Of a stretch of 64,000 nucleotides of DNA, positions 13,616-28,991 are shown in pieces. Position numbers and translations under genes: made by a program. The notes beneath the pieces are model-generated. The model ran no database searches, was not told where the DNA came from, and saw only the letters and a program-made list of their open reading frames with translations. Positions within the stretch are counted from its first letter, which is position 1; the number at the start of each line of letters is the position of its first letter. The stretch comes from Macrostomum lignano (lineage: Eukaryota): assembly GCA_002269645.1 (NCBI GenBank), contig NIVC01001277.1, positions 1-64,000 of the forward strand, read 5' to 3'.

Positions 13616-14850
13616 ATGACCGACCTACATCTGGGCCTCTCGGAGGTCGCCAGACTTCTATTGACTGCCGTCTGTTTTGTACTGCTGCAAGTGGCCGCTG
13701 GGTCAGGTAAGAAGCAGTTCAAGCAAATAGTGCAAAAGCCACTCATGTACCTGTGGAAAGCAGTAACAAGCGCATCGCTTTAATAAATACGTTTTAGGGC
13801 AGAACATCTCCTGTGCGACCTTCATGATCATGGCCTACGGACCCTTCTCCAATCACTTCTGGACCTGCGACTCCACCTCCAGAGTCCTCATCTCAACGTC
13901 GAAACCTCCGCTGCAGATGCAGTTCGAGCCCGCTCTGGACGGAACTCCCAGCGCTGTGTCCATCTCTGACGCTGCGAGGCCCGACTTCTACTTGGTCACC
14001 AGCGGCACCGAATTTTACTTCCAGGTGAAATCGAACTCAGCCAGTTTCAGACAGTCGGCCAGCTTCACAATCCTCGCATCGGAGTTCTGCAACCACTGGC
14101 GCATCAGTCCAGTGCAGTTCCCGGACCAGAGGATCCGGCATCAAGGTTACTACCTGACGAAGTCCGGCTGGCCTGGAAATGACCTGTTCAAGTCGGACTC
14201 AGCGCTCTCCTTTCACTGCGTCGATTGTGAGTCTAAATTTTTAAATCACACCTCTAACTGATCTAACATTTTACCCGCTGATTTTCATCCTAAAATTATT
14301 TATACAAAACTTCATGGTGAACCTAAAGCTACCAAAGTATATAAATTTTCATTTGATTTTATCGACTACTTTCGCTTCAGACACGCGCCTGTGCCCGTCT
14401 CAAAGGCTGAGCTTGAGAACACCCACTGCCAGCTTCCTGTCCTGCTCAATCGGATCCTCCTGCAACCTGAGCTCGACCAAATCGACCGGCTCAGTCTTCA
14501 TCGAGCAGGACGGACTGAGCGGCGAGGTGAACTCCGTGTCGATCCGGTCAGCTGACAGTCCCGGCCACTTTCTGAGCTCGGACTCCGGCTGCTTCAAGCT
14601 GCTGGCGTCGACCGGAACTGCCGAGTTCAACAGCAGCGCCACTCTGAGACTCGCCTACTCAGCATCCGGAGTCGGGTGCGGCGATCGCCGCCTGCTGCTG
14701 CCGGGGCTCGGCAGCTCCGTCATGAACTACAGAACAGGAGCTTGCAAGATTGAGGCTACTGCCTGGTCTCCAAGCCACTACAGCGACTATGAAGCATTCA
14801 GCCCAGTTTGCGAACCTGGTAATTTAAACTTTAATCTTTTGCATTTCTAA
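13616..14850 (+). CDS. Secreted protein with two AbfB/CBM42-like beta-trefoil domains, paralog A; exons 13616-13706, 13798-14226, 14381-14818 (3' end uncertain)
   Basis: Exon 1 encodes a hydrophobic leader (MTDLHLGLSEVARLLLTAVCFVLLQVAAGS). All GT-AG junctions are phase-compatible (phase 1). Motifs 'DGLSGEVNSVSIRSADSPGHFL...STGTAEFNSSATL' and 'VQFPDQRIRH...NDLFKSDSAL' resemble the AbfB consensus (GLAD..SVSFES...PG.YLRH......F..DATF). Confidence 0.75.
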
Positions 14851-16568
14851 CAGGTTTTAATGCCATCTAAGTTTTAATAAAGCAAATAATTGTTAAGTAT
14901 CAACAAAGGTGAGTAAAGGTGAGTTCACAATTTAGACTGGCTGGTTCAAGCATTGTTAATTCCCCGTTTCTTAGAGATTTTTTGCTTTGCATTGGTTTTT
15001 GTTTATCTGACTTCAGCTGCATTTTTAAACTGTTTCTTAGTACTTAATTTGTAAATATATTCATGTGCATTAAGAGTCATTTGGAAACAAAGATTCACTC
15101 TCAGATGTTTTTATCTTAAAAGGGATTAGTGATTAAATCAAACCGAGTTATTACATTTTGTTTTACAGACGAATTTAGCAGTGCTTAGCAACTGCATGTA
15201 AGCAGATCTAATGGGGAGGAGCGGAGTAAGCTAAGCGGCACGCGTCTGAGTCAATTGCGGCCATTCCATGCAAAACCAGGGTGCCTACAGCCCTGTTGGA
15301 TCTGACAGCTGCAGCTGCTGGGCGAATGTGCATCAAATGCTCCAATCGGAGCGGCTGCTCAGTGGCTGGCGGCACGACTTGCTTAGGTCCAGTCTAATTA
15401 CGAGTATCTATCAGGATGAGTGGCGCAATTGGAGATCGCGAAACTTCATAGAGACCGAGGTCGAGATCGAGCTCAACGTTGCAGATGAAGTTGTACGCTT
15501 CTGAACGAAGTTAGACCAACAGAGACATCGGAGAGGTAGGAGTACGCGAAGCTCCACTGTGAGCTGCTCAGGTGGCTCATTGATGCCTATAGACAGAAAC
15601 GACATCATGCGCGCCAGACAGACTTGTAGGTCAGCCATGTGGACTCCGCAATAGACAACTCGACCAGACGAGCTGTCCCAGAAGCAGTCGCACTGCAAAG
15701 CCAGGAATTTTAAAAGCAGAAAATGGGACACAAGCATGAGACCAAAAGACTAAAGCCAACGCAGCAGCTTAGAGACGTTAGAACCAGCCTTGTTGAGAAT
15801 GCAGACAGTTTGTTTTGTTGTCAACGTAGCACGCAACCTTGCACTGGGTCAGCAACGGGCGAGCATCATCAGAGGTAGAAGTGACCCGAGAGCTTTTTTG
15901 TAGTTCATCGGATACTTGGCGAACTGGCTATTGAAGTTGTTCTCCAAGTCGATGAAGATCCAGTCGCAAAAATTGTGGCTGTGGACGATGCAGCTGCCTG
16001 TCTCCTCAAAAGAGTCACTTTCCAGCACCCCATGCGTTGAGATTCCCTGACAAACCCTGACTTGACTTCCGTCTCCTCAAGACCCACAATCTCTCAGAAT
16101 CCTCATTTTACTTAAATTAGCAATTGGAGATATCATTTATTAAAAAGATTCTGCATATAGTTTCGGGCAAGTCGTTTTTTACCGAAACTACCCCAATTGC
16201 ATCTCCTTGTTTCGCGTCCATTGTAGCGCACAATGTTTCCGACTATTTTCTGTCATGAAAGCATCACAGGTGTTTAATTCATTGAAAGTATAGTTTGGCA
16301 GGTTTTTGTCGTAGTTACTAAATTTTATAATTTTTTATAGAAATTATCCCCAGCTGACCCCAGCTCAGATTATGAACTTCCGAATTTATGCGTTTTTCGT
16401 CTGTCCCCGCCGGTAGCGTGTCGATCTGCAGCGTCAACAGCAGCACCTTGATCGTGCACCGGCTGTGGCAGCGATTCCGCTGCGTAGATCGTCGCAGACG
16501 TCAGGAGTCACTTCGCCGACGATTTTCCTTGGGTCTTGGATCTAACTAAATAAAATAAATTGTCTTAT

Positions 16569-16805
16569 CAGGGCCGGCAAACTCGTAGCCCTCTCTATCC
16601 GGCCCTCAGGTCATTGAAACTTCACAATAGCAATCTGGCCCGCTCAAGGTTTGTCTCTTCTCAGGTCTCCTCACTCCGCTCTTCCGGGGTCTCCTATCCC
16701 TTCTCTCCTCTCTCCCCTCATCTACCCTCTTATCTCTCATCTCGCCTCTCTCCTCACCTTTCCCCCTCTCCTCCCTCCTCTCTCCCCTTCCTCTCTCCAC
16801 TCTTA

Positions 16806-16864
<59 letters not shown>

Positions 16865-16985
16865 TCTCATCCCTTCTTCCTTTTTTCCTCTATTCCCTCT
16901 CTTCTCTCCTCTCCTCTCTCTGGCCCGCAGTCATGCGCTAGATTTTATACCTGGCCCTTACGCTGAAAAAGTTTGCAGACCCCTG
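16569..16985. mobile_element. Non-autonomous hAT/Charlie-like MITE with internal (CT)n tract
   Basis: Imperfect TIRs CAGGGCCGGCAAAC / GTTTGCAGACCCCTG. A homologous copy lies in opposite orientation at ~42630-42770. No clean TSD found. Confidence 0.6.
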
Positions 16986-17393
16986 TCTTAGAAAATGCAT
17001 GTAGACTTGTAAGAGACATTATACCGGTAACAGCCAAGCTGTCTTGGATTTACAGTTTCTCTGCCATAATTTAAGAGTTATGACAGTCGCGCAGTGATCC
17101 ATTATTATCGAAGCTGTGCACTAATGGGTTTGCAATTCAGCTATTTGGACAGTTGGGACAGTTATGTTTACTTAGACAGTTGGGTAGTGGCAAATGAGTC
17201 CAGAAGCTTAATTCTGCTTCGATTTGTTCCGCTGCATGCCTTGTCATTCCCGACTGCAATTAGCGAACAGGTTTGAAACCTTCCTGCGCTGTCCCTTGCA
17301 GTTTTTCTTCATATTTTACTGTCCGTGTTGGCTGCATGTAATGCAAACCTCATAAATCAGACTATATACTGCGCTTCTAAGCCTTAGTAGGTT

Positions 17394-17468
17394 AGGACAC
17401 AGGCACAGCTGAAATAGGACACAGCTGAAATAGGACACAGCTGAAATAGGAAACAGCTGAAATAGGAC
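17394..17468. repeat. 16-bp satellite CAGCTGAAATAGGACA, left terminal block
   Basis: About 4.5 copies visible. Confidence 0.9.
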
Positions 17469-17769
17469 ATTGATAATGCAATCGTTACTCTCTGAGTAAG
17501 GTGTGTTAGACGCGCCGGAGGGTGCCGCTGTACATATCGCTGTACTTTGGCGGGGGGTTGAGGTGTGGGGGTGTTGGCCGCGCACCCGGCCCGGCTTGGC
17601 TCCGCCGCAAATTCTCAATTTTTTATTCTGCTTTTTACGAACCAATAAATATTAACTCGTTTAAACTAATAAACAAACGCTTCGCTGGGATCCGATTTCT
17701 CGGCCGCTGCCTGCTTTTCGCAACTGATTTGTCTCGTTTGGCTCCTTTCGGCGTGTTTAAAAAAGGGCT

Positions 17770-18407
17770 CAGCTGAAATACGGCACAGCTGAAAAAGGAC
17801 ACAGCTGAAATAGGACACAGCTGAAATAGGACACAGCTGAAATAGGACACAGCTGAAATAGGGCACAGCTGAAATAGGACACAGCTGAAATAGGACACAG
17901 CTGAAAAAGGACACAGCTGAAATAGGACACAGCTGAAATAGGACACAGCTGAAATAGGACTGAAATAGGACACAGCTGAAAAAGGACACAGCTGTAAAAG
18001 GACACACAGCTGAAATGGGACACAGCTGAAATAGGACACACAGCTGAAATAGGACATAGCTGAAATAGGACACAGCTGAAATATGGCACAGCTGAAATAG
18101 GGCTCAGCTGAAATAGGACACAGCTGAAAAAGGACACAGCTGAAATAGGACACAGATAAAATAGGACACAGCTGAAATAGGACACAGCTGAGAAAGGACA
18201 CAGCTGAAATAGGAAACAGCTGAAATAGGGCACAGCTGAAATAGGACACAGCTGAAATAGGACACAGCTGAAATAGGACACAGCTGAAATAGGGCACAGC
18301 TGAAATAGGACACAGCTGAAATAGGACACAGCTGAAATAGGGCACAGCTGAAATATGGCACAGCTGAAATAGGAAACAGATGAAATAGGAAACAGCTAAA
18401 ATAGGAC
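17770..18407. repeat. 16-bp satellite CAGCTGAAATAGGACA, internal block (~40 copies)
   Basis: Direct tandem repetition. It generates the spurious 'SYFSCVLFQLCPISAV' ORFs (3 units = 48 nt). Confidence 0.97.
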
Positions 18408-18589
18408 ATTAATAATGCAATCGTTACTCTCTGAGTAAGGTGTGTTAGACGCGCCGGAGGGTGCCGCTGTACATATCGCTGTACTTTGGCGGGGGTTGAG
18501 GTGTGGGGGTGTTGGCCGCTGAGCAATTCTGAGCAATTTCTGAGGCGGCTCAGCTTCAGGCCGCTAATTGCCAGGCTCCGACTCGCAAG

Positions 18590-19180
18590 TTGCATCTCGT
18601 CAGAGACCATATCAAGCTAGCCAGAGGACCCGGCTCAGCCAGTCAGGAGCAGTTGATCGCCACTATGGAGAATGGCTCGCTCACATTCAGAAAGCAGGTG
18701 CCGAAGCTGTCTAGTATCTCTGCTGGTCAGTGGATCGCGGCCAACTCGATCATCTTGCAAAAGCTGATCAAGGAGAAACTCCCGGCGGCGGCTGCTGGAA
18801 GCACTGATGGTCTCCTGACTGACGTCCTTGGCTACCTTGACTACAATCGCAAGATTGGAGAGCTGCTGGCTGCTGACTACCCGGAGTCCGTGATCTGGGA
18901 GTTTGACGAGGACTACCGGAGGCTGGTGGCGGAGTCGGGCATGGCGTGGGGTGAGGAGCCCCCTCAGTTGTACCACAAGCACCTCAACGCCCCAGAAACC
19001 TGCGGTTCACGTTCGCTAAGCAGCCCAGCCAGCAGCAAATCCCGGCAGCAGCCAGTCCGATCTGTCTGCGCTTCACTCCGTGTCCGGGTGCACTCGCCAG
19101 AACTGCAAGTTCCGCCACGTCTGCAAAATCCAAGGCTGCCTGGCAGCGCATCCGGCTCACGCTCACACGCAGTCGCCGCA
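18590..19180 (+). CDS. gag-like protein of the YR retrotransposon, with frameshifted C-terminal Cys/His zinc-finger
   Basis: 'YLDYNRKIGELLAADYPESVIWEFDEDYRRLVAESGMAW' matches the typical DIRS/Ngaro ORF1 pattern. 'ICLRF...' and 'CTRQNCKFRHVCKIQGCLAAH' lie in shifted frames at ~19060-19170. Confidence 0.75.
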
Positions 19181-19319
19181 GTCATTACTCACCGGACAGC
19201 TGCCGGGTCACGTGACCGGTGCGAGTGCAAAAAACTGATGCCATTTTATCCAGCTGACTGCTCTGCTTTTAATTCCGATTTTTCTGCTTTTACTTTTTCT
19301 GCCCATCTCGTCTGACCTG

Positions 19320-20760
19320 CAGCCTGACGCCTGGAGTGCTCTGCTCAGCGACGACCCAGACCGCGACTTTCTGATGCAAGGCGTCGTCAACGGTTTCGCT
19401 CTCACCAATGCTGGCCAACCGCCTTTGACTTCGTCCAAGAACCACGCCTCCGCCCTGCTGCACCGCTCTGCTGTGGAAGCCCAGGTCGAGGAGGAGCTGC
19501 GCCTTGGGAGGTACATCCGGTGGAGCGGCCCGATCAAAGTCAACCCCATCGGCGCCCTTCCCAAGTCCGATGGGCGGGTCCGCCTGATCCATGACCTGTC
19601 CTATCCGACCGGCCAGTCTGTCAACGACTTCTACGACCAACAGAAGCACATCAAGTATTGCACTGTCCAGCAGCTGGTTCATCTCCGTTCGGGACACTAC
19701 ATGGCCAAAATTGACCTCAAAAGCGCCTACAGGTCCGTGCCAATCAGGCCTGCTGACTACCGGCTCGTCGGCGGTTTGACTCAGACAGCCAGGACAGTCT
19801 GCTCTGCGACACCAGGCTTCCCTTCGGCGCCAAAGCTGCTTGCGAAGTTTTTCACCGTCTTTCAGCCGCCGTTACCCGGCACATGCACCGGCTTGGCTTT
19901 TCTGCTACGGTGAACTACCTGGATGACTGGGCAGTCGCTGGGAAATTCGAGTCCGAGGCTTTCGCTGCTTTCAATTGCCTGCTGGACATCTTGCAGCGCC
20001 TCGGCTTTGCCATCAACTGGGACAAGGTTGTCAGACCTACGCAATGCATCGACTTCCTTGGCGTGCGCATCAACACCGCTACCGGCACCAAGTCACTGCC
20101 CGAGGAGAAAGCTCTCGAGACGACAAAGCTGCTGACTCAAAGCTGCTCGGAGACTCGGGTGCACATGCGCTCTGCTCAGAAGCTGATTGGCAAGCTTGGC
20201 TGGTTCTGTCAGATTGTCCCTCATGTCAGAGTTTTACTGCGTCTGCTCTTCGACTGGCTGACAACTGCTGTTGACTGCAAGCTTTGGATGACCGATGAGA
20301 CCCGCGCCAACCTGTCCTGGTGGCTCAGAGCCCTGGCTTGGCTCCCCCCGGTGGTTTTGTGGCCGCGCTTTGATGAGGAGTTTGCCATGGAGACTGACAG
20401 CAGCCGGTCGGGCGCAGCCGCAGTCATCTGGGGTGCCGAGAGTTTCTGGAGTGTTATCGATTGGGAGCTGGACTGCGGTGGTGTATTCAAGGATGTCAAC
20501 TTCAAGGAGGCTCTGGCACCTTTGCTGATCATCATGCACCGTCGCTCTCAGCTAAAGAACTGCAAGATTGTCATCTACACCGACAGCACCGCTGTGGCTG
20601 GCATGATCAATCGGCTGAGCTGTCGTGACCCGCGGTTCCTGCAGGTGTACCAGACTGTGGCTCTGCTGTGCATCAGGAACAGCATCAGTTTGGAGGCCTT
20701 TCACCTTCCTGGTCGCATGCAGATTTTTGCTGATGCCGGCTCCCGCATGTTTGCCTCGCA
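19320..20760 (+). CDS. Reverse transcriptase / RNase H of the YR retrotransposon (frameshifted near 19780-19880)
   Basis: 'DPDRDFLMQGVVNGF', 'RLIHDLSYP', 'AKIDLKSAYR', 'NYLDDW', 'IDFLGVRI', RNase H 'ETDSS', 'YTDS', 'HLPGRMQIFADAGSR'. Confidence 0.92.
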
Positions 20761-20913
20761 GTCTGAGCTCATTAACTTTTGCTGCCGCTACTACCGTACG
20801 CTCGTGATCTGCCTGCTTGAGTTCGCGTCGCACGCGCTCTCTGCCGCTTCTCAATCTCGCCTCCTTTTGCAGGTCGCCCTCGCCCTCCGGAGACGCCGCC
20901 CGCCCCCCGCGCT

Positions 20914-21830
20914 GTGTCCGCCGGACACCTGTGCCGCCTCGGCCTGGCGGAGAACTCCTGGCGATGCTACCTCAGCCAGCTGCGCTCCTGGGAAGCCTTC
21001 TGTGTTAGCGCAGGCCGCCTTTCATCTCCAGCTGACGGTGACCTGCTCTGCCGCTACATCGCGCACCTGGTGAGCACCCGGCTCCGGTCCTTCTCTAGCC
21101 TCCGATCATACGTCCATGCTGTCTCTTTTCTGCACCAAGCCACCAGCGCCCCCGACCCAGCGAAAGACTTCACCGTGCAGCTGGCCCTCCGCGGCGCCAA
21201 ACGTCATCTGGGCCTGCGATGCAAACAGGCGAAGCCGCTGACCATCGAGAGCACCTCAAAAGCATCCATCAGCAGCTCCCGCGCTCCATCTCAAGCGCAG
21301 ATCTCCTGGCCGCCTTCTGGGCGGCTCTTCTGGTGGGCTGGTGGGGCATGTTGCGCCTTGGCGACTTCCTATCGACCCGCGGCAGCCGATCTGTCTCGCG
21401 GGCCTGCCTGTCGGCTTCATCTGGCTGCTGGAAGTTGGCCCTCCCTAAGTCCAAGACCAACCAGTTCGGGTCGACGCCGCATGTCGTTCTTCTGCCACCT
21501 GTTCAAGAGTCACCGCTCTGCCCTGTGCGCGTTCTGCGGTCTCACCTGCACCTGTCACCAGCCAGCGACCCAAGGCGCCACTCTTTGGCTACGGCCTCGG
21601 AGGCGAGCTCTCAGCCAGCCAGTTCATCAGCTGTCTTCGTGCGTGTCTGGCTGCGTGCGGCCTTCCAGCTGCTGGTTTCTCCGGCCACAGCATCCGGCGT
21701 GGGGGTGCCAGCTTCTGTCATCAAATCGGCTTGTCAGATTCGGACGTCCGGGCTCTTGGGGGCTGGAGATCGGACGCTGTTCTCCGCTACTTTTCTGCCA
21801 GCTCTGCTCTGTCGTGCCGCCAGCGCTCTG
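20914..21830 (+). CDS. Tyrosine recombinase (frameshifted)
   Basis: N-terminal 'SWRCYLSQLRSWEAFC', 'GMLRLGDF', 'KSKTNQFG', 'CPV'. My translation of ~21670-21800 gives 'FSGHSIRRGGASFCHQIGLSDSDVRALGGWRSDAVLRY', completing the R...H-x-x-R...Y catalytic set. Confidence 0.92.
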
Positions 21831-21998
21831 CTTCTTTCATGGCTTCGCAGCTGCAGGCTGCGTCCACCTGACTGCCTTCCCGCTTTTACTCCTTCCCTTC
21901 CCCATCATTGGGGTTGGGATCCGCTTTCTCGGCCGCTGCCTGCTTTTCGCAACTGATTTGTCTCGTTTGGCTCCTTTCGGCGTGTTTAAAAAAGGGCT

Positions 21999-22250
21999 CA
22001 GCTGAAATAGGACACAGCTGAAATAGGACACAGCTGAAATAGGACACAGCAGAAATAGGACACAGCTGAAATAGGAAACAGCTGAAATAGGGTACAGCTG
22101 AAAAAAGGCATAGCTGAAATAGGACTGAAATAGGACACAGCTGAAATAGGACATAGCTGAAAAAGGACACAGCTGAAATAGGACATAGCTGAAAAAGGAC
22201 ACAGCTGAAATAGGACTGAAATAGGACACAGCTGAAATAGGACACAGCTG
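21999..22250. repeat. 16-bp satellite CAGCTGAAATAGGACA, right terminal block
   Basis: About 15 copies, ending GGACACAGCTG at 22250. Confidence 0.95.
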
Positions 22251-22446
22251 TTGTCACAATTGTCACTATAAAAACACCGACCGACAGAACGTCTCTAACC
22301 AATTAAAGTAGACGCAACACCTGATTGGACGAAGCCTCAAAAGCCCGGAGTATTTTAAACACGCAGAATACGAAGTTTAACCCCGTCAAGCATCTTTCTG
22401 CACTGCACTGAGCAAACAACTAATCCTGTCAACTAGAATCCGAGTA

Positions 22447-23614
22447 ATGTTAAGCCTGCTGCTTCTCAGCAGCCTTATTTTTTACTTAGCTGGAGTTGCA
22501 GGTAAGAAGATAATTTAACTGCCTATGCAAACAGCTGCTTGAGCTTCAACTGCAGATTGCGAGTTACATGTATCGCACTCAAGTACGAGTACTTTTGTTA
22601 CACACATCTTCTAGGGCAGAACTTCTCGTGTGCCACCTTCATGATCATGGCCTACGGACCCTTCTCCAATCACTTCTGGACCTGCGACTCCACCTCCAGA
22701 GTCCTCATCTCAACGTCGAGCCCTCCGCTGCAGATGCAGCTCGAGCCCGCTCTGGACGGAAATCCCAGCGCTGTGTCCATCTCTGACGCTGCGAGGCCCG
22801 ACTTCTACTTGGTCACCAGCGGCACCGAATTTTACTTTCAGGTGAAATCGGACTCAGCCAGTTTCAGACAGTCGGCCAGTTTTACAATCCTCGCATCGGA
22901 GTTCTGCAACCACTGGCGCATCAGTCCGGTGCAGTTCACGGACCAGAGGATCCGGCATCAGAGTTACTACCTGACGAAGTCCAACTGGCCTGGAGATGAC
23001 CTGTTCAAGTCGGACTCAGCGCTCTCCTTTCACTGCGTCGATTGTGAGTCTGCTCATTTTAGTGTTGAGATTGCATAGTTCTTTATTGACATTAATCTGC
23101 TCATCTTTGCGCTGCAGACAGGGCCTGGTGTCCGTCCGGACACCTGCGACTGCGAGAGCCCAAGACGGATACCTACTTGCTGTGTGCACCTGGCACCAGG
23201 TGTGCGCTGATAGGCAATCAATCCAGCGCTTCGGTATTCGCTGAGCGAGCCGGGCTGAGCGGCCAGCCGAATTCCGTATCCTTCAGGTCGGTTGAGACCT
23301 CCAGCCACTACCTGAGCCTCACTTCCGGCTGCCTGAGCTCCAACTCTGCGACCGGAACTGCCGAATTCAACAGCGGCGCTACTCTGAGACTCGCCTACGC
23401 AGCATCCGGAGTCGGGTGCGGCGACCGCCGCCTGCTACTTCCTGAGCTCGATGGCTCGGTGCTGATTGAGCAGAGCTCAGATTTTAGCTGCCAAATTGGA
23501 TCAGCTTCCTGGAGTCCGGGCAGCTATGCAGGCTATTCGGTATTCGAGAGCGTTTGCGAACCAGGTGAGAAATGCGGCCATCCACAACAGCAAAGAATTC
23601 CGTACGGTAGGTAA
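22447..23614 (+). CDS. Secreted AbfB/CBM42-like protein, paralog B; exons 22447-22501, 22615-23043, 23118-23564 (3' end uncertain)
   Basis: Signal-peptide exon MLSLLLLSSLIFYLAGVA, phase-1 GT-AG junctions, same exon structure as paralog A, motif 'AGLSGQPNSVSFRSVETSSHYL'. Confidence 0.78.
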
Positions 23615-24251
23615 GTTACGGGTAAGTGCCAAACATTGAAATTTTTGTGAACGCATCACTGACCTAACTTTATGTACTACTACTATTAAATAATTTAAGT
23701 AGTAACAAACGCGCAAATTCATGTTGTGGCCAAAATTTGATGCTTGTTTTTTTAACAAATAAACAAAACTGAAATTTTATGACAGGATATTTGCGTCCCA
23801 TAATGGGAATGATAATTCTCTGACGGGAAAGAGCGAGCGGAGAGACAATCATTTTTGCTTGATTTTACTGACCAAAAATATAGCACACTTGGAGTTAACA
23901 GGTACAAATTCTATCAGTTGCACAAGCTCTTATACTTTTGCAAAGCAAAAATATTAATTGCAATTTGGAACAAAAACTATAAACACTTCAATACAGACAT
24001 TGCTAGCTATTGCGGAAGAAGACACCACAAGCAGCAGATGATTACGAAAAGCTTCAATGACAGTTTAAATTCTGTGTCCATTATTATTGTAAAGCAACCG
24101 AGACTAGCAGAAAGCGGCTGTGTGACCTGGATACAATTTATTGATTATTGAACTGTTACGAAAAACAATAGCATGACTCATGTGTTGGTTTAGAGACTCA
24201 ATTTCAGACCTGAGAAACAATTAATCACTCGGAATTCAGGGCTCACTCTGG

Positions 24252-24737
24252 AGGAGAGGGTGCACTCTGGAGTGTCAGGGTAGGTCAGGAGAGGGTGCAC
24301 TCTGGAGTGTCAGGGTAGGTCAGGGAGTGTCAGGGTAGGTCAGGAGAGGGTGCACTCTGGAGTGTCAGGGTAGGTCAGGAGAGGGTGCACTCTGGAGTGT
24401 CAGGGTAGGTCAGGAGAAGATGCACTCTGGAGTGTCAGGGTAGGTCAGGAGAGGATGCACTCTGGAGAGTTAGGGTAGGTCAGGAGAGGGTGCACTCTGG
24501 AGAGTTAGGGTAGGTCAGGAGAGGGTGCACTCTGGAGTGTCAGGGTAGGTCAGGAGAGGATGCACTCTGGAGTGTCAGGGTAGGTCAGGAGAGGATGCAC
24601 TCTGGAGTGTCAGGGTAGGTCAGGAGAGGGTGCACTCTGGAGTGTCAGGGTAGGTCAGGAGAGGATGCACTCTGGAGTGTCAGGGTAGGTCAGGAGAGGA
24701 TGCACTCTGGAGTGTCAGGGTAGGTCAGGAGAGGGTG
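24252..24737. repeat. 35-bp minisatellite GGAGAGGGTGCACTCTGGAGTGTCAGGGTAGGTCA (~13-14 copies)
   Basis: Period 35 (e.g. TCTGG at 24356 and 24391). Confidence 0.97.
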
Positions 24738-24869
24738 AAGTTGAGGTTTTGGCCAAAAGGCAAAGTGCAGCAGCTCCGGCTCACATGATTAGCACATAAA
24801 AAATGAAGCCGTTTGAAGTGCGGCAACTCAGCAAATTTTGTATAAAAAATCAGACGCACGATGCTGACG

Positions 24870-28991
<4,122 letters not shown>

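Larger units (their letters stand above)
17394..22250 (+). mobile_element. Tyrosine-recombinase retrotransposon (Ngaro/DIRS order) with split direct repeats
   Basis: gag-like ORF, RT, RNase H and YR in that order, with no methyltransferase seen. Repeat A at 17469-17581 and 18408-18519; repeat B at 17686-17770 and 21915-21999. 16-bp satellite at all junctions. Confidence 0.93.

Noticed and set aside
15230-16090. GC-balanced, coding-like stretch on the minus strand
   Set aside because: Short open segments in shifting frames with no family recognised; possibly a pseudogene or TE relic but unsupported.
17635-18610. CRISPR-like look and the Cys-rich 'SYFSCVLFQLCPISAV' ORFs
   Set aside because: Head-to-tail 16-bp repeats without unique spacers, no cas genes, eukaryotic context.
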